From the NCBI GenBank assembly GCA_018897195.1, contig JAHILH010000004.1, forward strand, positions 83,678 through 147,677: 64,000 nt of DNA. Reading direction: 5' to 3'. The position numbers and the translations under genes are program-made. Positions within the stretch are counted from its first letter, which is position 1. Every line of letters begins with the position of its first letter. Positions 58,803 to 64,000 of this stretch are shown in pieces. The notes below the pieces were generated by a model. That model saw only the letters and a list, made by a program, of their open reading frames with translations. It made no database searches and was not told the DNA's origin. This DNA is from Patescibacteria group bacterium (GTDB taxonomy: Bacteria > Patescibacteriota > Patescibacteriia > Patescibacteriales > UBA12075).

Positions 58803-58875
58803 GTATAAGGTCAAAAAAATAACAACTTTTGTTGCTATAAAATTATACTAGCAAATAAAAATTATTTTTGCAATA

Positions 58876-60642
58876 TTACAACTTTTGCTTCTCCCATAAC
58901 TCAAAAAATCGGCCTTTTTTGCTATACAACTCATCAAAATTACCGCTCTCAACCAATTCTCCCCGCTCAATTACCAAAATCTTATCCATCTCCTTAATAG
59001 TCGTCAAGCGATGGGCTATTACCACGGCGGTTACCTTTTGAAAAAACTTATGTAAAGAATCCTTAATTTTTTCTTCTGACTCCAAATCCAAATGTGAAGT
59101 TGCTTCATCCATAAAAAGCACCTGTGGTTTTTTATAAATCGCCCGCGCAATCCCAAGGCGTTGTTTTTCACCACCAGATAACTTAATTCCTTTTTCTCCA
59201 ATGGTGGTATCAATTCCCTTTGGCAATTTACCGATAAAATCAGTCACGTGTGCAATATCTAAAGCTTGTTGTAATTCGTCTTCACCAAATTCGTCATCAG
59301 CCGCGATTGTAATATTTTCACGTAAGGTAAAATTAAAAACTTCAGTGTCTTGCAAAACCACACCCATCTTTTTTAGATAAGAGTTTTTCTTAATGTTTTT
59401 CAAGGGGGTGTTATCAAATAAAATTTCCCCGCCATAATTTTCATTTTCCTTAAGTAATAATTTAAACAAAGTTGTTTTACCCGCTCCGGACAAGCCAATG
59501 ATGCCCACTCGCTCACCTTTATTAATTTCAAAAGAAACATTTTTTAAAACCTGATTCTTGCCATAAGCAAACGATAAATTTTTCGCAATAATCTTGTTCC
59601 ATTTTGCTGGAAAATCAACCTTATCCATCTCGTCGTCGATTCGCACTGGCTCGCTTAACAATTCCTGCATGCGCGCAATGGCCATTTTGTTAATTATTAA
59701 GTCTTGGGTTGTGTCAGCCAGTTCACTTACTGATTGCCAGACACGCATAAAATAAACATTAAATAACACTAGATAACCAACTTCTAACCGCCCCTGAATA
59801 ATTCCGTAACCAATAAATATAAAAGCGCCGATTCGAAAAAACATGCCAATAAAATTTAAAATAAAACCTCTTACTTGAAAAAGGAGAATGCGCCTTTTTA
59901 TGGTTTTAAAAAAATCAATATTTTTTGCAAAAATCAGATTATATATTTTTTCTCCAATTCCCACCACTTTAATACTGCGAATATTATTCATGGCTTGAAA
60001 AATCAAACCACTAATATCTTCTTCCTGTTCATTAATTTCGTGGACTATTTTTTTTGCCTTTTTTAACAAGGACGAAGAAAAAACGAAATGAACCACCACA
60101 AACGAAATCATAATTAAACCGACGCTTTTATCTCCGCGCGACAATATAATAATTATACCGATAAAATTTACAGTTATCTCAATATAGTTATTAACCCACA
60201 TTCGAATAATACGATCAACACCATTACTGCCCCGTTGAATTTTTTTCAACTTACTGCCGGCGTTCTCTTTCTCATGCCAATCCATATCCAAATTAAATAA
60301 ATGTTTTGTCGCTCCAAGATTAATATCAATGGCCGCCTTTTCAGAAATTTGAAACATTAGATTTTTAGCCCACGGTGTTAGCACACTTCGTAAAAAGCTC
60401 GCCCCTGCCCACAAACCAACAACATACCAAAAATAATCCAGGGAATCACCAATGTGATACTTACTAAATAAAGTCACAATTGTCGCAATTGCAATTGCGG
60501 GATACAGATTTACAACATCACCCAATAAACGCAACAAAGTAGCCACCCAAAACTTTTTCCGATATGGCCTAATATAGTTATACAAATCTCGAACCAATGT
60601 CCAAGTTGAATATTTGATTGTTTTATTTTCTTTTGATGTCAT
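58876..60642 (-). CDS. ABC exporter, fused permease-ATPase (MsbA/type I exporter-like)
   Basis: Six TM helices precede an NBD with GLSGAGKTT and LSGGEKQRLGIARA. Confidence 0.85.
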   Translation of the reverse strand: MTSKENKTIKYSTWTLVRDLYNYIRPYRKKFWVATLLRLLGDVVNLYPAIAIATIVTLFSKYHIGDSLDYFWYVVGLWAGASFLRSVLTPWAKNLMFQISEKAAIDINLGATKHLFNLDMDWHEKENAGSKLKKIQRGSNGVDRIIRMWVNNYIEITVNFIGIIIILSRGDKSVGLIMISFVVVHFVFSSSLLKKAKKIVHEINEQEEDISGLIFQAMNNIRSIKVVGIGEKIYNLIFAKNIDFFKTIKRRILLFQVRGFILNFIGMFFRIGAFIFIGYGIIQGRLEVGYLVLFNVYFMRVWQSVSELADTTQDLIINKMAIARMQELLSEPVRIDDEMDKVDFPAKWNKIIAKNLSFAYGKNQVLKNVSFEINKGERVGIIGLSGAGKTTLFKLLLKENENYGGEILFDNTPLKNIKKNSYLKKMGVVLQDTEVFNFTLRENITIAADDEFGEDELQQALDIAHVTDFIGKLPKGIDTTIGEKGIKLSGGEKQRLGIARAIYKKPQVLFMDEATSHLDLESEEKIKDSLHKFFQKVTAVVIAHRLTTIKEMDKILVIERGELVESGNFDELYSKKGRFFELWEKQKL

Positions 60643-60788
60643 TTATATAATATTTTAAAATTTACCTTATTTATCTTACACCTATTTTTAACATTTGTTA
60701 AGCCATCCTTGCACGAACAAACAGCTCAATAAAAAAGGCTGCTGTTTATTTAAAAAACAGCAGCCGGAAAAATTTTTATATTATCTTC

Positions 60789-62055
60789 TTAGCTCTCATT
60801 AACGAGATTAAACTTCGTGGCGATTACCTGGGCTGCCACATTCAAATCCTTAAGACCAACCATCACTTCAATGGTAATACCCGGAGAAGCCTGGGATACG
60901 ATATTAATTCCCGCTCTACCCAAAGCGTCACAGACATCACGCAGGTAGCCAGGGCGGTCATCCATTAACGGATCAACCAGAGTTAAAACTGCCAAGGTTT
61001 CCAAGGCGGAAATCTTAATGCTTGGCATCATGTCAATTTTTAACGTTGCCAAAGAGGTTTGAACTTCTTGGCTCACGTTATCAGAAAACAATATAGAGAT
61101 AGAGGCTTCCCGTTCTTTAGCCGGAGCCTGAATACTGCCGCGTAAATTAATATTGTGCAAGGCATTATAAATATTCGCTGCTGCTCCGGGTTGATTGGGC
61201 ACGTGAGAAATTCGAATCATGTTCAATTTTTGAATAGCCAATCCGGCCTGACTCTCCTCAGTGTCAATCTGCGACAAGGTGCTCCCGGAACACACTACGG
61301 TTCCGCCGGTACTTTTACCAAAACTCGGACTAAGCATCACTCGAATTATCACACAAGTTTTGAGCCAGAAGCACCGCCCGATCCATCAACTTGCCACCGC
61401 CAACCGAGGCTAGCTGTGTCAGCTGATGATAAGAAATATGCTCGAATCTTTTAGCGTTGGGCACTACGCGCGGGTCGGTAGCATAAATCCCGTCGACGTC
61501 GGTGTAGTTTTCACAACAACATCCGCCCAAAACAGCCGCCAAACAAACAGCAGTCACATCCGAACCGCCACGACCCAAAGTCGTGACCACTCGCACAGAA
61601 CCAGAAACCTTAATACCCTGGAAGCCGGTGACAATAACCACCTTGCCTTTATCCAGCTCGCCTTTGATCAAATTATTTCCCTTAATCATCTTTACTCGCC
61701 CAGTAACGCTTGCCTCTAATTGAATTTCGCGACTAGTCAAGGAAATCGCTGGCACATCAAGACTGGCCAACGCCAATGCCAAAAGTGGCGCGGACTGTTC
61801 TTCGCCAGTAACCAAAAGCTTATCCAACTCATCCCGCAAACTAGCGGGAATAACGCCCTGATAATTTTCCTCTGCTAGTTTAATCAAGTCATCGGTGGTG
61901 TCACCCATCGCCGATAAAACAACGACTACGCGCCAACCCTTTTCTCTGTTTGACTTGATATGTTCCGCAACCTTGCGCATCCTTTCCGGATTAGCAATCG
62001 AACTGCCCCCAAACTTCATTACCAGGTTTTTACCCTTACCATTTGTGTTTCCCAT
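60789..62055 (-). pseudogene. lysC: Aspartate kinase split by a +1 frameshift near 61345 (kinase domain 61330..62055, ACT domains 60789..61352)
   Basis: The N-terminal ORF ends ...GGKLMDRAVLLAQNLCDNSSDA*. The shifted frame continues ...IIRVMLSPSFGKSTGGTVV then the ACT motifs ISHVPNQPGAAANIYNAL. The junction is at a TGTGTG tract. Confidence 0.65.
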
Positions 62056-62182
62056 TTCCTTCTCCTTGTATAATTAATTGTGAAATGAACGAATTTATTG
62101 AATAACCTTAGAATATATTTATCGCTTTGTCAATCAAAAAAAATAGAGAGCATTTTACCAATGCTCTCTTATTGTAATCATT

Positions 62183-63304
62183 TTAACTGTTCAATGCCAA
62201 TAAATCATCATGGACGAATTTTCCATCTTCCATTATCGGCACACCGTCAAATTTTATAAGTCCGCCTCCAAATTCAGGAGTCAAGATTTTTACCAAATCC
62301 CAGTGAATTGCCGACTTGTTGCCATTGTCAGCTTCATCATAAGCTCTACCAGGTGTCAGATGAAATGATCCAAAAATTTTTTCATCAAACAATGTATTTT
62401 TTGCCGCCTGCTGAATACCAATATTAGTGCCAATAGCAAACTCGCCGATAAATCGCGCACCCTTGTCGGTATCCAAAACTTTTTCAAGTTCTGTTTCACC
62501 TTGATCACAGCTACAACCAATGATTTTACCCTTGCTAAATTCAAAACAAATATTACTCCATTCTCGATCTTTATATAAGGATGGCACGTTATAATTAATC
62601 ACGCCAGTAACACTGTTACGAATCGGAGCAGTAAAAACTTCGCCGTCGGGAATATTTCTTTCTCCATGACAGCTGACTACGCCTATGTTTTTGATTGAAA
62701 ATTTCAACTCTGTGCCCGGAGCTTGAATATGTACAGAATCAGTTCTTTCCATTAATTTCTTTAGAGCTAAATTTTTCTTTTTCAAAGCTCTGTAGTCTTG
62801 CAGAACGGCAGCAAAATAATAATCGATGTATGCAGGCGTGCTCATTCCAGCCAGGATAGCATCGTGGTCTGTCGGCACCCTCGTCACACACCATCGCGTG
62901 TTTTTTACTCGTTCATCCAAAACTCGTCTGGTTGCACGACTTCGTCGCATAACACGTTCTGTTTTTATCTCCTTCAGATTTAATCCATTCATACATGCAC
63001 GCGCCGCAATAAATACATCCACCTCCTTCATTTGAACCATATTCCATTTCGGAACAAAATCCAATTGCGTATCAGTAGCTCTCTCAAAAAAACTTCGTTC
63101 AAGATCGGGCAAGATAATCTGATAATCAACCGAAGCAGCCCCAGCCTCAAGAGCTTTTCTTTGTAAGGCGAAAAGCAGTGGCAGGGCATCCAGATCGACA
63201 ATCTGCAATAAAACCTTATCACCAGACTTGATCGAAGTTGAAGAACAAAAAACCTTAGCCAGTTTGTCCCACCGCGGATCATTCATCGTTGTCAAAGTGT
63301 ACAT
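62183..63304 (-). CDS. M29-family aminopeptidase (AmpS/PepS-like)
   Basis: The C-terminal signature GTNI...FDEKI.GSFHL..G.AY...DNGNKSAIHWDLV is present. Confidence 0.7.
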   Translation of the reverse strand: MYTLTTMNDPRWDKLAKVFCSSTSIKSGDKVLLQIVDLDALPLLFALQRKALEAGAASVDYQIILPDLERSFFERATDTQLDFVPKWNMVQMKEVDVFIAARACMNGLNLKEIKTERVMRRSRATRRVLDERVKNTRWCVTRVPTDHDAILAGMSTPAYIDYYFAAVLQDYRALKKKNLALKKLMERTDSVHIQAPGTELKFSIKNIGVVSCHGERNIPDGEVFTAPIRNSVTGVINYNVPSLYKDREWSNICFEFSKGKIIGCSCDQGETELEKVLDTDKGARFIGEFAIGTNIGIQQAAKNTLFDEKIFGSFHLTPGRAYDEADNGNKSAIHWDLVKILTPEFGGGLIKFDGVPIMEDGKFVHDDLLALNS

Positions 63305-63448
63305 TATTCGTCTCCTTGGTTTGAGTTAAATTATTATTTAATTTAAAGAGCATTTCGACACATTAACATTAATTTATTCATTTTGTCAATGTAATGCTCC
63401 AAAACCACGCAATTATTATGACTGGCAATATACCAATAAAAGTTATTT

Positions 63449-63486
63449 AAAAACAAATCCCTCAGCCAAGATTACGGTTGAGGGAT
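63449..63486 (-). terminator. Intrinsic terminator downstream of the 63496 small ORF
   Basis: A stem CCCTCA/TGAGGG is followed by a minus-strand U-tract. Confidence 0.5.
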
Positions 63487-63495
63487 TTTTCATAT

Positions 63496-63660
63496 TTAAT
63501 CTTTAGCTTTTTCTTTTTGCTCCTTAAGCGCAATCGTCGTCTGCGCCCACTTACAAGTCTTGCTCTCTGAATAAAGCAATTGATTCACGACTGCATCAAC
63601 CGGATTCACTTCGCGCTTGCTCGGATCCAGAGCATCACTTAAACTTTTTTCATCAGACAT
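63496..63660 (-). CDS. Small ORF (54 aa, MSDEKSLSDALDPSKREVNPVDAVVNQLLYSESKTCKWAQTTIALKEQKEKAKD)
   Basis: A terminator lies directly downstream. The ORF is below the track threshold and has no clear SD. Confidence 0.3.
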   Translation of the reverse strand: MSDEKSLSDALDPSKREVNPVDAVVNQLLYSESKTCKWAQTTIALKEQKEKAKD

Positions 63661-63815
63661 AATATTTTAAATTTATATTAATTATTTTTGGATTATACGA
63701 TTTATTTAGGAAAAAAACAAGCACTTATCTATCTATAAATCATTACTTTTGACAAAATAATAATTTTAAATTAATCCTACATTAACAAACAATAAATAAA
63801 GGGAGGAAAAAATAA

Positions 63816-64000
63816 TGGAAATAATTTCATTAACAGCTGTTCTTTTACACATTTTAGCCTCTTATATTCAATTAAGAAAAAGACGCGCAAGCAAAAAAGG
63901 AGAGAACACTATTATAATTGAAGGTAGTTTAAATTTAGCAATGCTGTTTAAAGACTATATTATTAAATCATTGGCGGTTATTACTCTAATCATCTATTTA
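63816..64000 (+). CDS. Hypothetical membrane protein, 3'-partial (runs off the window)
   Basis: A strong SD AAAGGGAGGAAAAAATA precedes the ATG. The frame is open to the window end, and the visible sequence is hydrophobic. Confidence 0.4.

Noticed and set aside
1-64000. CRISPR array search
   Set aside because: No run of regularly spaced direct repeats of 24-48 bp with unique spacers was seen anywhere. The repeated sequences found are either inverted, as in the MITE TIRs, or dispersed, as in the GC-rich REP-like family. No cas-like genes are present.

Overview
This 64 kb window comes from a low-GC (~33%), compact bacterial genome with short intergenic regions. The gene set includes tsaD, queA, ruvB, polA, pheST, murD/murI, dprA, der, pth, rnj, secG, infC-rpmI-rplT and a DUF4870 membrane protein. 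The composition and gene content look like a CPR/Patescibacteria-type or similarly reduced bacterium (inference only). Most of the window is housekeeping chromosome: translation, DNA repair, cell wall, thioredoxin system, PEP synthase. It also carries a complete copper-homeostasis operon (csoR, an HMA-membrane-cupredoxin fusion, copA) with a near-consensus promoter and a CsoR-type operator. Two tRNA-Leu genes are present. There are no rRNA genes and no CRISPR array. Ten things stand out. (1) A 2.6 kb region upstream of polA is AT-rich and has no ORF of 60 aa or more. It is built from internal direct and inverted repeats and contains one GC-rich 52-codon ORF with its own promoter and terminator. 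(2) A GC-rich compositional island at 33.4-35.2 kb forms a minus-strand cluster of a PQ-loop/SemiSWEET-like membrane protein, a NudF-like NUDIX protein with a degenerate catalytic box, and two small unknown proteins. This is the best candidate for an uncharacterised module. (3) Three copies of a ~90 bp GC-rich palindromic intergenic repeat family are present. (4) A 170 bp MITE lies between der and pth, with 33 bp terminal inverted repeats resembling neisserial dRS3-type repeats. (5) Three genes look disrupted: an HD-phosphohydrolase with an in-frame TAG, an aspartokinase frameshifted at a (TG)n tract, and a DUF318 permease in two in-frame halves. (6) A GC-rich flotillin gene, probably horizontally acquired, is followed by unknown genes and a frameshift-prone A8 tract. 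(7) Two tandem paralogous Cys-rich mini-proteins are coupled to a LysM lytic transglycosylase. (8) Several intergenic small ORFs have good SD sequences and terminators. (9) Three genes sit together on the minus strand: a geranylgeranyl-reductase-family flavoprotein, a pentapeptide-repeat protein and a CDF transporter. (10) Two receiver-only response regulators have no adjacent kinase. All functional calls are from motif and architecture recognition by eye. No database searches were run.
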